Below, piece by piece: positions 28,297 through 41,330 of a stretch of 64,000 nucleotides of DNA. The stretch's first letter is position 1. Every line of letters begins with the position of its first letter. The stretch lies in assembly GCF_006345805.1 (NCBI RefSeq), contig NC_043003.1, forward strand, positions 64,728,001 through 64,792,000, read 5' to 3'. A model generated the notes under the pieces. That model had not been told where the DNA came from. It searched no databases and worked only from the letters and a program-made list of their open reading frames with translations. The DNA comes from Octopus sinensis. Lineage: Eukaryota. The translations under genes and the position numbers were made by a program.

Positions 28297-28922
28297 AAGT
28301 TCTAGTCAGGGAAATTCGCAGATTATAAGGAATAAAATAATGATTAAAAGTAGATAGAAGAATACAGACAGGAGAATAAAGTTCCCAGTTCATCTTTTTC
28401 CAGAAGCTATGGAGGTTGGTCCGTACTTACGTGAAGGTATAATCCCTTAGGTATAATCCCAGGCAAATCCTGGCAGTATTTTGAATGATGCGTTCATGTT
28501 GAAGTTAGGGATTAAGTGAAAATTGCCCACGTTGTTATATAAAGTGAGAAAGACAGACATGGAGATAGAGAGAAGTGGGTTGTAAGTGAGTGGCTAGAAG
28601 AGAGAGGGGAAAGAGAGAGAAAAGAGGGAGAAAAAAGAGAGAAAATACAGGAATGGGATAGGGGCTGGGATATGACTGAAAGCGGAAGTAAAATAAAAAA
28701 CCAAAATTGAAAATAAAAATAATAATAAGCTGGAAATAAAAGAATAAAGATAGAAATAAAAAAAGTAAAGATAGAGATAAGATGCCAGTATTATTCTTCG
28801 TAATTTCATATCGTCTGGAAAAAGATCAGCTGTGAACTTTATTCTCCAGTCTGTATTCTTCAATCTACTTTTAATCTTTATTTTATTCCTTATAAACTGT
28901 TAATTTCCCTGTCTGGAACTTT
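28297..28922. mobile_element. Inverted repeat pair (about 105 bp arms) beside the hammerhead motifs; probable Penelope-like element remnant
   Basis: 28297-28402 matches the reverse complement of 28815-28922. Inverted partial terminal repeats plus hammerheads are established hallmarks of Penelope-like elements. Confidence 0.5.
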
Positions 28923-28934
28923 CATACTCACCTT

Positions 28935-29009
28935 GTCTCTGACGACAGGATACCCAGTGTATTGAGATGCTAACCTATCACTTGGGATATCCCAAAACAG
29001 TTGTAAGAC
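28935..29009 (+). ncRNA. Hammerhead-like motif (type I) with G12>A substitution
   Basis: GTCT-CTGACGA, then a long stem II (GGATACCCAGTG / CACTTGGGATATCC), then AAAA in place of GAAA, then CAGTTG-TA and AGAC closing stem I. Confidence 0.6.
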
Positions 29010-29315
29010 TTCAAATTCATCTTACCCTAATCAGATTATTATGACTTGAGGTACTCATCCTGCCTTGGTTTTTATTGTCCTTTTCCTCTAATATGTGCCT
29101 GCTAACACGGAAGCGTAATACGGATCCACAGCTCCAGCTTCAGTTGTGAACTTGGAATCTAACGGATGACCAAGTATAGCACTTACTCGGCGTAGCTATT
29201 CGTTTAGATTACCAGTGAACTAAACGCCACGTATTCTATACATACATACATACATACATACATACATGCATACATACATACATACATACATACATACATA
29301 CATACATACACACAT

Positions 29316-29371
<56 letters not shown>

Positions 29372-29441
29372 GTATATATGTATAGTATATATGTATACTA
29401 TATATGTATGCATGTATAGTTTTTAGGATCACCTCACATGT

Positions 29442-29506
29442 ATAGACCACGCTACTAATAGTTTCGCGTACTTGGGACCCCCGTACGCTCTTCAGGCGTG
29501 GACTAT
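29442..29506 (-). ncRNA. Type I hammerhead ribozyme, intact core
   Basis: Minus strand reads AUAGUCCACGC-CUGAAGA-GCGUAC-GGGGGUCCCAA-GUACGC-GAAA-CUAUUAGUA-GCGUGGUCUAU. Stem I is 10/11 bp, stem II is 6 bp, stem III is short, and the cleavage triplet is GUA (cut between 29453 and 29452). Confidence 0.85.
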
Positions 29507-29565
29507 TCCACTAAACTAACGAGTGTTATATTCAGTCCATTATTTAAACTGCTTAGTTGGGTGAA

Positions 29566-29613
29566 ATAGTCCACGCCTGAAAAACGTACGTGTCTCCCAT
29601 GTACGTGAAACTA
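29566..29613 (+). pseudogene. Degenerate inverted copy of the hammerhead
   Basis: ATAGTCCACGC-CTGAAAA-ACGTAC...GTACGT-GAAAC. Core G8 is mutated, stem II carries a compensatory G-C to A-U change, and the 3' strand of stem I is missing. Confidence 0.75.
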
Positions 29614-30528
29614 TATTTATATTTTAACAGATATATTTCACATAGTTAAAGGTTTCGTCAAAACCTTTTAGCGCCTAAGAGGCGTAGGACACTGCATAAA
29701 TGATTTCAAAGATACTTCCGGTTGATCTTAAATACTTATACTAAATATGAATACAATACAATCGAATTAAAGTTGAGAACGAAAGATTTGAACGTGTTTA
29801 TTTTAAGGAAAGAATGAACAAGTACATGTGGTCCCACTTTAGAACATGTAATTTGTCATTCAAATGTAATTGTAGAGTTATTAGAGCAAATAAATGAGTA
29901 ACAAAAAAGACATAAAATCTCTAACAGCTGTTTCTAGATTAGCTGTGCATATCGTGCATGTGGTGCATATCTCATGGAGCAAGGATTTCCATATAAAAGC
30001 CAACTATTTCGTCTTCAGAGAGGAAAGATTAGATATTACTAGTCCCATCAGCTTTTTTCGATGGAGTTATTAGCAACGATGGCGTTATTGGAAATGATGA
30101 ATGAACAAAGCAGATTCGATTGTTATAGTAAAAGAGACACGCAGATGGGATCAACGTACGTTCGAATCGTCACCAACCCGTGGAGTTACCCAAGCGTACG
30201 CATAATCTCGCAGAAAAGCGAAGAAATATGAAGAAAGGGCTAGTGTCTTCTAGTATAGCCTCTAGAGTGAATTTGGTAGACGGAAACTGAAAGATGCCCG
30301 TCGTATATGTGTGTGTGTGTGTGTTTGTCCCCCTATCACTGCTTGATAACTGGTGTTGGTGTGTTTACGTCCCAATAACATAACGGTTCAGCAAATGAGA
30401 CTGATAGAATAAGTACTTGGCTTAAAAAGTAAGTCCTGGGATCGATTTGTTCGACTAAAACCCCTCAAGGTGGTGCTCCAGTATGACTGCAGTAAAATGA
30501 CTGAAACAATATATATATTCTGAAAAGA

Positions 30529-30561
<33 letters not shown>

Positions 30562-31306
30562 TGTATGTATGTATGTATCATATATGTGTGTATATATATA
30601 TGTATGTATTATATATGTATGTATGTATGTATTATATATATGTATGTATATATGTATGTATTATACATGTATGTATGTATGCATGTATGTATGCATGTAT
30701 GTATGTATGTATGTATGCATGCATGTATGTATGTATGTATGTATGTACGTATGTATGTACGTGTGTGTATGAGTGTAAGTATTTATGTATGTATGTATGT
30801 ATGTACGTATATACGTATGTATGCATGTATGTATGTATGTATGGATGGATGGATGGATGGATGGATGGATGTGTGTGTATGTATGTATGAGTGTAAGTAT
30901 TTATGTATGTGTGTTGATAACATCCAGAAGAAAATGCTTCTGAGTGTTAAGTGAAGAAAGTGTGTATGTATGTATTCATTTATTTGTTTAGCGGTTTCAG
31001 TCATTTGACTGTGGTCATGGTGGATCACCGCCTTTAGTCAAACGAATCGACCTCAGAACTTATTCTTTGTAAGCCTAGTACTTACTCTATCGGTCTCTTT
31101 TGCTGAATCGCTTACTTACGGGCTCGTAAACATACCAACATCGGTTGTCAAGCGATGATGGAGGGACAAACACAGACAAACAAACATACACACACGCACA
31201 CACACGCACGCACACACACACACACATACACACACACACACAAACACACACATACATATATATATATACGGCGGTTTTCTTTCAGTTTCCATCTACCAAA
31301 TCCACT

Positions 31307-32208
31307 CACGGACCAAATGGCTGGAGTAAATGTTGAGTATCAATCAACGGATACTGTCATTATTGCTTGAGACGTCAACAGGGGGGAGGTGGGTCAAGTG
31401 TTGGGCTGGCGTCTTTGGTGGTATGATGGTCGGGTCATAGAAAGTCCCAGCTGGCATTAAGATGACATCGAATACGTATGTTACCTTCTTAAAGGAAAAT
31501 TGCCAGCCATGGTTCAAAAACCCAAAACTTTCCTTCAAGGGAAAGCTGGTTTTTATGCAAGATAGTGTCCCGTCTCATGCAGCGAAGAATTCTAAGGAAT
31601 ACCTGCAGCAAATAAGCTTCTCTGGAGGTCGTTTGATGGAGTGGCCCCTTATTCCCCTGACTTAAAATCGATCGAGAACCTGTAGAGTGTCCTCAAGACG
31701 CGCGTTTACCAAGATGGACGGCAGTTTTCGAGTAAAGTTACGCTCTGAGATGCTATTGTAGATGCTGCTGAAAGCATGACACAAGAGGATATCATCACCT
31801 TGACAAATTCAATGGATCAGCGCAAAAGGAAGGTTATTGCATGTGGAGGAGCATACATCAGACATTAGAGGCTGTATGACATCATATTCCCATGATTAGT
31901 TTTATTCGATCGTATTATTATGTTTACCATTAAATCCTTGATTTTTTTTGTTAAACGTTTACTGTTGAATTAAATGAATATTTGTTCTGACATAGTTATC
32001 GTTTTTATTATACTTACCTAATAATTTGCGACGGTGAAAATGTTGCCCAATCACAAAAATGGCCGCCATTTGTTGGCGTCTGCGCAGATCCGATTTGTTT
32101 TAACAGAATGTGCTCAGATAGATGTTACCAACAGTTAGTAGAAAAACAACATATACATTTATTTATTGAGAGAAGGTTGATTTGCCTAATAATGTAGGAC
32201 GCAGTGTA
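31307..32208 (+). mobile_element. Decayed Tc1-like transposon with DD37E catalytic spacing (TRT-like), 3' part with right TIR
   Basis: Reconstructed frames read DGPNGWSK...RRQQGGG...MQDSVPSHAAK...WPPYSPDLKSIENL, giving 37 residues between D and E after one frameshift. The TIR-like end TTTGCCTAATAATGTAGGACGCAGTG is followed by TA at 32207-32208. Confidence 0.78.
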
Positions 32209-32642
32209 GTTGAATGCCTGAGTAACACCTTATAGCTTTATCAGAGCTTCAAATATGAAATGCAATTTGTTTGGGAAAGCAAATACATTTAAGCGTACAT
32301 ATAGGAAGGAATTATCAGAGAGAAAGCATATACGTGGAAAATGGACACAAAGGGCTCACATACAATTAGAATAATATTAGTTCTAAGATATGAATAATGA
32401 TGGAGGGGGTGGGGTCATAAGGAAAAAGATGACGAAGGAATATACTATTATCTTAAGAGATTCATTAGCTTACAGCGGTTTCCGCGATAACCGGTGTCGG
32501 TGTATTTACGTCCCTGTAACTTGGTGGTTCGGCAAAAGAACACGATAGAATAAGCACCAGGCTTAAGAAAAAAGTACTTGGCTGACACAAGTGAAAGATA
32601 AAATGATAAAAGATAAATATCTATCTATCTATCCATCCATCC

Positions 32643-32713
<71 letters not shown>

Positions 32714-32744
32714 AATCAATCAATCAATCAATCATCAATCAATC

Positions 32745-32814
<70 letters not shown>

Positions 32815-32877
32815 ATATCTATCTATTTGTCTGTCTGTATGTCTGTCTGTCTGTCTGCCTCTCTCTTTCTCTATCTA

Positions 32878-32922
<45 letters not shown>

Positions 32923-32935
32923 GTCTGTCTATCTA

Positions 32936-32998
<63 letters not shown>

Positions 32999-33831
32999 GT
33001 CTGTCTGTCTGTCTGTCTGTATGTATGTATATGCGCTCGCGTGTCTCTGTGTGTGTCTGCGTGTATGTAAAAGGAAATGGCATGAGCTACAAGTTGTTCC
33101 GGTGCAATACAAATCGAAGAGATTACAGACTTCTCACCGATAAGAGTCCGTTCATTCTATAGGAGTAGCAGAGAGTGATTTGAGGGATAGATTCGGCTGT
33201 TATTACTAGCTGGTTGAGAGACTATGTAGAGACTTCCTCGTGGCCTTTGATGAATAGTAAGACGTTTGGAATGTATATATGCGTGTGTATATGTGTGTGT
33301 GTGTGTGTCTAATTATGTCGATATTGGAATATGCAATTGTCCTCTGTATAATTATCGAAACAAGCTGGACGGGAGCCTTTTCTGTCTGTCTGTTTGTCTG
33401 TTGTCTCTCTGACTGCCTGCCTATCTGTCTGTCTGTCTGTCTGTCTCTCTCTCCTTCTCTCTTTCTGTCTCTCTCGTTCTCTGACTCGCACACACTAAAA
33501 CAGATTGATAAAAATTTCCTTCCACCGACTCCTCACTTTCACACACACACACATACACACAAACACATACACACATTCAGGCACGCACGCATACGCACAC
33601 ACACATACGCATATGCAACACACACGTTTACACGCTCATTCTCTCTTTCTTTCCTTTACGCAATCGAGAAACAAGCAACATTGTTAGCAATGGAGTTACT
33701 TCATCACGTGACTGACTCATCGCTTATGTATGACCAGTAGACGCTTATTCTACGTTACGCTAATAATTACAAAACTTTATTATCAAAATCGTTTTTCAAC
33801 TGCTAACTTCGGCGAGTTATATATATATATA

Positions 33832-34230
33832 CTAGCAGTATTGCCCGGCGTTGCTAGGGTTTGTTTTCTTTTCGACCCTTTAGAATTGGAATTTTTGAAA
33901 AGTAAAAATTTTGCATTATGTAGCTTGTTATTCTCTTGATGTGAACATCTTTCTGGTTGAAAGACACCGAAAATGGCGATACAGCAGTCAAAAGATTGTA
34001 AAAAATAGGGATTTTCATAGAAAAAAAGCACCTTTTTGATGTTAATAATTTTGGGTCTTAACATGGTCCGATTTGAATTTTTTTTCTACGGAATGAAGAG
34101 CAAGCCTTCTTCTATCATACTTTCAATTTTGGTCAACTTGCGCCGCAGGGTCTCGGAGGAGAAAGTGTTAGTTGAAGCCTACGAAACCTGCCATACACAG
34201 ACAACTTCAGCTTTATATATATATATATAT
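33832..34230 (-). mobile_element. Non-autonomous Helitron-like element
   Basis: On the minus strand a GC-rich imperfect hairpin (CCCTAGCAACGCCGGG) precedes a terminal CTAG followed by T. Both ends lie in TA tracts and there is no TSD. Confidence 0.5.
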
Positions 34231-35928
34231 ATGAAGGCGGTTTCGTATAGGACTTTTGTTGTAGTTGAGTGCTAAATTACAATATTTCCCTAGTGTTTAG
34301 AGTGGTACATTCATGATGACGACATTGTGGTTTCGATTCCCGCATCGGGTGGTGTTTCGTGGTCTTCATTTCACGTTGCTCCAGTCCGCTCAGCATTGAA
34401 TGGGTAACTCTGTGATGGACTGGCGTTCTATCCAGGAGGGTCGTTATGATCCCGGCCACTTATAGTTGCCATGGTAACCGAGTAACCGACCCTACAAATC
34501 CTAAGGTTCGAGATGGCAAACGTGGGTTTTAAAAGATCATTTATACTCTATCTCCTACCTGTTTCAGTCCCTGAACTGTGGCCATGCTGTAGCAATGCCT
34601 TGAAGAATTTTAGCGGAACGAATCAACCTTAATACTGATCTTTTTAAAACCTGGTACTTATTCCATCGCTATCTTTCAACGAAGTGCTAAGTTACGGGAA
34701 CATAGACACACCAACACCTGTTGTCAAGCGGTGATGGAAGACAAATACAACACCCCTCCACACACACACATATACATACGCACACACACACAAACCTATC
34801 TATCTATCTGTCTGTTTGTCTAATATATCTATCTATCTATCTTTATCTATTTATTTATTTATTTATTTATTTATTTCTGTAAACGACCAGCTTCCGTCTA
34901 CCAAATCCACTCACAAGGCTTTGGTCGGCCTAAAGCTATAATGGAAGATACCCAGAGTTCCACGCAGTGGGACCGAACCCGGAAGCATGAGGTGGGAGAG
35001 AAAACCTCATTATCACCCTACCACTCCTGCACTTTTATGTATAGTTCCTCCATATCGTTACAAATTTCGCTTCACAATCATGTGCACTTATGCTTTTACT
35101 ATCATAGCCGTAGGGTTTGCTACGGCAACAGACTTAAGTCTATCCAATGCCTATGAGGGAAACTAGGCTAACGGCAACTTTACAAAGTTCGTTACCCCCC
35201 CCCACACACACACACACCGATGCACACGCACACACATATATATAAATATACAGAGAGAGAGAGGGAAAGAAAGAAAGAAAGAAAGAAATAAAGAAAGAGA
35301 GTGGGATGGGGAAATAAATAAATGATGGATTTAATTTGCAGAATGATACATGATAAAAACGAAAAAAAGAACGGGAGAAAAATCAAAAGAAAAAGAAACA
35401 AATATAACAAAATTAATAAGTAAGCTATGTTTTGTACTCCCATCCATTGGCAGACGATAACATACTTCTCCATTTTTTTTCTTTTTCTGAACGAACGACA
35501 AATTTGAGCAACAGTCTATGTTGGCGGTGGAATTGAATGTGGAATACAGCAAGATTAAGTAACGATAAATAATTGAATAATTTAAATAAATAAACAGTCA
35601 AGAAAAAAAAAGAAAGAAACGAGGAGAAAAATGAATATTATGTGTGTGTGTATGTGTGAAAATGAATGGTCACGTGAGGGAGAACGAAACCGCAAATAGC
35701 ATTGAGTAAATAAAGTAAAATTATAAGTCAGTGGTTGTCCGGTGTTGAATGTCGATAACCACAGCTTGTGAGATAAACATTTGCATTAACATTCATTCAC
35801 AATACATACATATATACATTCATACATACATATATACACATACATTAACGTACGAACGTATAAATTCATGTGTGTGTAATGTATGTGTGTGTATATATAT
35901 ATATAGATATATATATATATATATATAT

Positions 35929-35972
<44 letters not shown>

Positions 35973-36054
35973 CTGCGTACACACACACAACAGGACATAT
36001 ATTATATAAATAAATACATGAAAATTATGTTAAGAATAAAATTTTAAATAATCT

Positions 36055-36447
36055 TTTCTACTCTAGGCACGAGGCCCGAAATTTTGGCGGTGGGGCCAGT
36101 CGATTAGATCGACCTCAGTACGCAACTGGTACTTAATTTATCGATCCCGATAGGATGAATGGCAAAGTCGACCTCGGCGGAATTTGAACTCAGAACGTAA
36201 AGACAGACGAAATACCTATTTCTTTACTACCCACAAAAGGCTAAACACGGAGAGGACAAACAAGAACAAACGGATTAAGTCGATTATATAGACCCCAGTG
36301 CGTAACTGGTACTTAATTTATCGACCCCGAAAGGATGAAAGGCAAAGTCGACCTCGGCGGAATTTGAACTCAGAACATAGCAGCAGATGAAATACGGCTA
36401 AGCATTTCGCCCGGCGTGCTAACATTTCTGCCAGCTCGCCGCCTTAA
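36055..36447 (-). mobile_element. SINE family A, dimer
   Basis: Reverse complement of the family A head and two cores. Confidence 0.85.
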
Positions 36448-36619
36448 ATTAGATTCTAAATAATGCCGTGGTGGAAAGCTTGCGTTACAGCAAATATTCT
36501 GTTCAAAAACCACAGATTCGTTTGTCAGTTGTTTGACCATAACCAGTTGAGCATGTCCCATAGCGATATGTGCATCTCTGCTCATGAACAGGATTTATGA
36601 AGGAGCATCATGGGCGTTT

Positions 36620-36980
36620 CATTCATCAACCTTTGGCTTATAGGCACATGGTCAAAGTTGGCCAATTTACACGGGCCTTCCACATCGGGTTGATCCATCT
36701 TTCAACAAAAATACTGAGGATAAGGAAAGGACTTCCTTCTCCACTCACCCTTTTCTTTTCAAGTGGAATTTGAAAAATTCGATGAGGCCTTGGCCAAAGT
36801 GGACGGTCTCTGTCTTCAGTCCTTTCAACTTCGACCACCACACTTCTTCTTTCGCCACCAAACAGAGAAACCCTGTCTACCCTTCTCGAACAAAAGGCTG
36901 AAAGGTGTTCTTCATGATGGACTCAGCCAATAACCGGATCCGATTTAGACGTAACAACAGCTGTTCGACAAAGCTCCACT
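36620..36980 (-). mobile_element. Tx1/L1-like ORF2 C-terminal fragment
   Basis: VAKEEVWWSKLKGLKTE...GQGLIEFFKFHLKRK...FVERW. Same strand as, and downstream of, the RT fragment. Confidence 0.5.
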
Positions 36981-37559
36981 TGTCAGCAACATCCGGTCGT
37001 GTGCATGCAAAACGGTTTCATCACTCAGCTTACATCTCGAACAAATTCGTCTGACAGCACTTTCGTGCCTGTAGAGCTTACATCGAATCGGCAGAACATC
37101 ATTGTAGCACTACCAAGTCAGGGATTTCTGGAAATTATATCTAGGCCCCGGCCCAAAAGTCCTCCGGAAAGACCGGCTAATTGATCTCTTCCTACGTCCA
37201 GAGTTTCCCCAAGGACGTCGTCACTGTTGCTTATCCTTTATAGAACTCCAACATGGGACTTCCACTGTCCGACATTGTCCGACAAGCAGAGGGTTTCGAG
37301 CGTTTGCCGACACTCCAGGTGCCAAGTGCCCTTTCTCGATCTACACTTGATCCAGGACTGTGACTCCGTCAATATGATGAGCTGTGGAAAATCCCGTCTG
37401 ATATTCATCTGCCACATCTACCCACCTTCAAGGAAACGCTAGAGATGTCACAGCCTCACTTCATGTCAACGCATCATTAGCCAAGGTATGTCTAGTCCTC
37501 CGCTTAGCGACTACTGACAGTAAATAGGCCGTCTAACGAGTGGTAACCGTCCTTTCAAC

Positions 37560-38110
37560 AGAAAGCAGAAGAGCAAGCGCATTACGACACTGTTGGTTGG
37601 CATGGATCTACATCTTCAGGTTTCGAGCTGCAGGCTCACTGACTTCTGGTTAATCTTTGCGCCTTTCACCGCTTCGTACTCCTTTAGGGTGGCGCCGATC
37701 CACTCAATTTCTGAGATATCCGTCACTATTACGGTGACGACGTCCGCATAAGCTAACACGAACCTTCCGCATCATAGTTCATGCGGGATGCCACACAAAG
37801 CATGCAGCTTCCGTAGCAATAACACGAGAGCCAGCGCCTACAGAAGGGGTGAGAGTGGGCATACTTGACGGACTGAAGGTGTGATACTAAACGATTCTGA
37901 TAAGCGGCCATTTACTTTGACCTTCGAACAGATGTCGCTGTACGTCGCAGCGATCCAGCTTCTGAAAACGGGACCGAAACTAACCACCGTAAGGACAGCC
38001 TCCAAGTATTGGTGGTCGACCCTATCAAAAACTTTCAATTAATCCAAATTGATTAGGGCGCCATCCTTGCCAGGTTCCTTACCTACCCCCTTTATGAAGT
38101 AAATCATGTG
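37560..38110 (-). mobile_element. Tx1/L1-clade reverse transcriptase fragment
   Basis: KVFDRVDHQYL...FGPVFRSWI..TYSDICSKVKVNGRLSESF.IT.SVRQVCPLSPLL, then a YADDV motif on the minus strand. Confidence 0.85.
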
Positions 38111-38546
38111 GTGCAGATTGTAGTTTCTGATAATTTCGTAAGCGCGAAATCATGTAACGTGAGATAGTCGTAACGTGGAGAATGCCTGGATACTTTCACA
38201 ACTGTAGGAAATATCAAAGGATGTCATACATATAAGAATTATAACTGACCTTGGTTTAAACAACAACAACAACAACACCAACAACAACAACTAGCAAAAA
38301 CACTATGGGAGCTGGCGGTGACCTATGCTGTCTGGCTGATGCCTTGAACACAATCTAATAATAACAGTGATTCCATCTTAAAGGCTTTTAGTCGAAGAAA
38401 TCGACTCCAGGACTTATTCTTCGTAAGCCTAGTAATTATTCTATCGGTATCTTTCGCCGAACCGCTAAGTTACGAGGAAGTAAGCACACCAACATCGGTT
38501 GTCAAGTGATGGTGGAGGGGACAAGCACAGACACAAACACACGCGC

Positions 38547-38642
<96 letters not shown>

Positions 38643-38914
38643 CACACACAAACGCACACACACACAACAATACGATTGGGCTTCTTTCTGTTTCCGTCTA
38701 CCAAATCCACTCACTGCGTATCTTGCAGAGCTCCACTGAATTACTACAAGTTAATAAATTTACTCAGCGATATACTAACTCTAGTATATGTAATATAGAA
38801 GTACGATGGATGGATACTCGTATCATATATTTATGCAGATTAAATGAAGATGAACTTTGCGAAAGTGTAAAATTAAACTTTCGAACAAAGGTACAAGCAA
38901 TGAAATTTGATGGG

Positions 38915-39460
38915 AGAGGACTGGTCGATTACATCGACCCCCAACGCTTCACTGGTATATAATTTATCGACCCCGAAAGGATGAAAGGCAAAGTCGACCT
39001 CGGCGGAATTTGAACTCAGAACGTAACGGCAGACAAAATACCTATTTCTTTACTACCCACAAGGAGCTAAACACAGAGAGGACAAACAAGGACAGACAAA
39101 CGGATTAAGTCGAATACATCGACCCCAGTGCGTAACTGGTACTTTATTTATCGACCCCGAAGGGATGAAAGGCAAAGTCGACCTCGGCGGAATTTGAACT
39201 CAGAACATAACGGCAGAGAAAAATACCTATTTCTTTACTATCCACAAGGGCTAAACACAGAGGGGACAAACAAGGACAAACAGACGGATTAAGTCGATTA
39301 TATCGACATCAGTGCGTAACTGGTACCTATTTAATCGACCCCGAAAGGATGAAAGGCAAAGTCGACCTTGGCGGAATTTGAGCTCAGAACGTAGCGGCAG
39401 ACGAAATACTGCTAAGTATATCGCCCGGTGTGCTAACGATTCTACCAGTTCGCCGCCTTT
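38915..39460 (-). mobile_element. SINE family A, trimer
   Basis: Three about 180 bp units sharing the junction AAAGAAATAGGTATTT. Confidence 0.85.
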
Positions 39461-39980
39461 AAAATAGGGAGAAAAATTTGCATATGTCAAGTTGAAACCA
39501 GAGTTATTTCCCTTTAAAAATGAACGAAAATGTAAGGGAGAGAACTTTTGTTGTAATCCAAAATGACTTATTCGCTGTTTTTTGATTTTCAGATGTGCTT
39601 AACATTTAATCCAGCAGATCTCATTCCCTTAACTATTGTGATCGATTTCAATCAATAATTCGATGCGAGTGTCTTTTCCATTTCTGTAATATTCAAATCG
39701 AAGATAATTTTCTCCAAAATTTACATTTGGAATTTTTGATTTTGAAATTTTACAAAATATTTCTCGTTTACGCAGTAAAGCCCTTCAGCTTTTAACTTTT
39801 AACTTTTGTCTCATTGGTCCATGCTGGGGCACCGCCTTGGCGGGATTTAATCAAACAAGTCGACCGCGGTATATTTGTTTTTCTGAGGTATCGTTTTCTT
39901 TTACCGAATCGCAATTCAAAGCCGATTGTCGAGCGCTGGAGGTGATGGTGAACAAAAACACGTACATATACACATACATG

Positions 39981-40020
<40 letters not shown>

Positions 40021-40386
40021 ACACACACATACATAATACATACATACATAATACATACACGCATACATACATACAATACATACATACATACAATACATAG
40101 ATACAATACATACATACACACATACACGCATACATACATACATACATGCAATACATGCAATACATACATACATACATACATACATACACACATACACGCA
40201 TACATACATACAATACAATACATACATACATACATACATACATACATACATACATACATACATACATACACGCATACATACAATACATACATAAATACAT
40301 ACATACAAGCATGCATACATACATACATAGATACATACACACATACATACATACATACATACATACATACTACATACATACATACA

Positions 40387-40420
<34 letters not shown>

Positions 40421-40439
40421 CATACATACAATACATACA

Positions 40440-41330
40440 TAAAAGTGAAGTGAGCAACATCGTACGAGCTGGTAGTGAGTTCCTCAAAAAGCACTCTCTC
40501 TCTGATGATCTTCTATAATCCCCATAATAGCTGGGCTCTCTTACCACAGACATGGATAGAAAGCACAGAACATACACAAAATTTTTTTTAAATGACTATG
40601 CATGGATATGTTGCTCGGAAGGTTGAAGAAGACGGTAGAATTGACACGAAGCCCAGCCTCTCTTGGTCACAAGACCACTGCATCACATTACACTTTGAGG
40701 GCTATGCATTTGCAATCTAGGAACAGGAGATTGCTAAAAAGTACCTGGTGAACAAGAGAGACAGCGACGCTCTTGTAATCACAAGGTGCAACTGCATGTG
40801 TAGGCTATTTCATGATTCTGTGGAAGACATCACGAATGTGATTAGCAGCTGTCTTAAAATGTAGTCACGGTACTACCTCCCAATACGGCATGATGTTGTT
40901 GCTAAAATAATTTGCTATGCCATCCGCAAAAAAAGAACGTCCTGAAATAAACTTAGAAAATCCCTCTGTTATGGGATACATTCATAAACACTAACTCAAG
41001 GAATACTGGTGAGTATTGCCATCAAAGCTTCTATCAAATGTAAGCATAACAGACCGGATATTGTTGTTTGGGACAGTGGGACAAAGGTATGTACCATCAT
41101 GGAGGTCAGCTGCCCTGCAGATATAAATATCCCTTTGAAAAAAAAAAAAAAGACCATATCTATGGACAACTGCTTCGAAACCTCCAGCTTCTATATTCAG
41201 ACTATGAATTCATATTCATACCAATAATAATTGGAGCACTAAATTTTGTTCGTAAATCCTTAAAGGGAAATCTGGATAAACTGAAAGAACATGCCTCGTG
41301 TTTAAATGTTATAATTTTTGCAAAATTTTG
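40440..41330 (+). mobile_element. Decayed non-LTR retrotransposon 3' part with restriction-like endonuclease (R4/Dong-like)
   Basis: MHGYVARK...EGYAFAI*EQEI...CRLF....EDITNVISSC...RHDVVAKII, then KHNRPDIVVWD...EVSCP.D.NI and FIPIIIGAL. Contains stops and frameshifts. Confidence 0.78.

Noticed and set aside
38915-39460. CRISPR-like repeat array
   Set aside because: The units are about 180 bp SINE monomers without unique spacers, the context is eukaryotic, and there are no cas genes.
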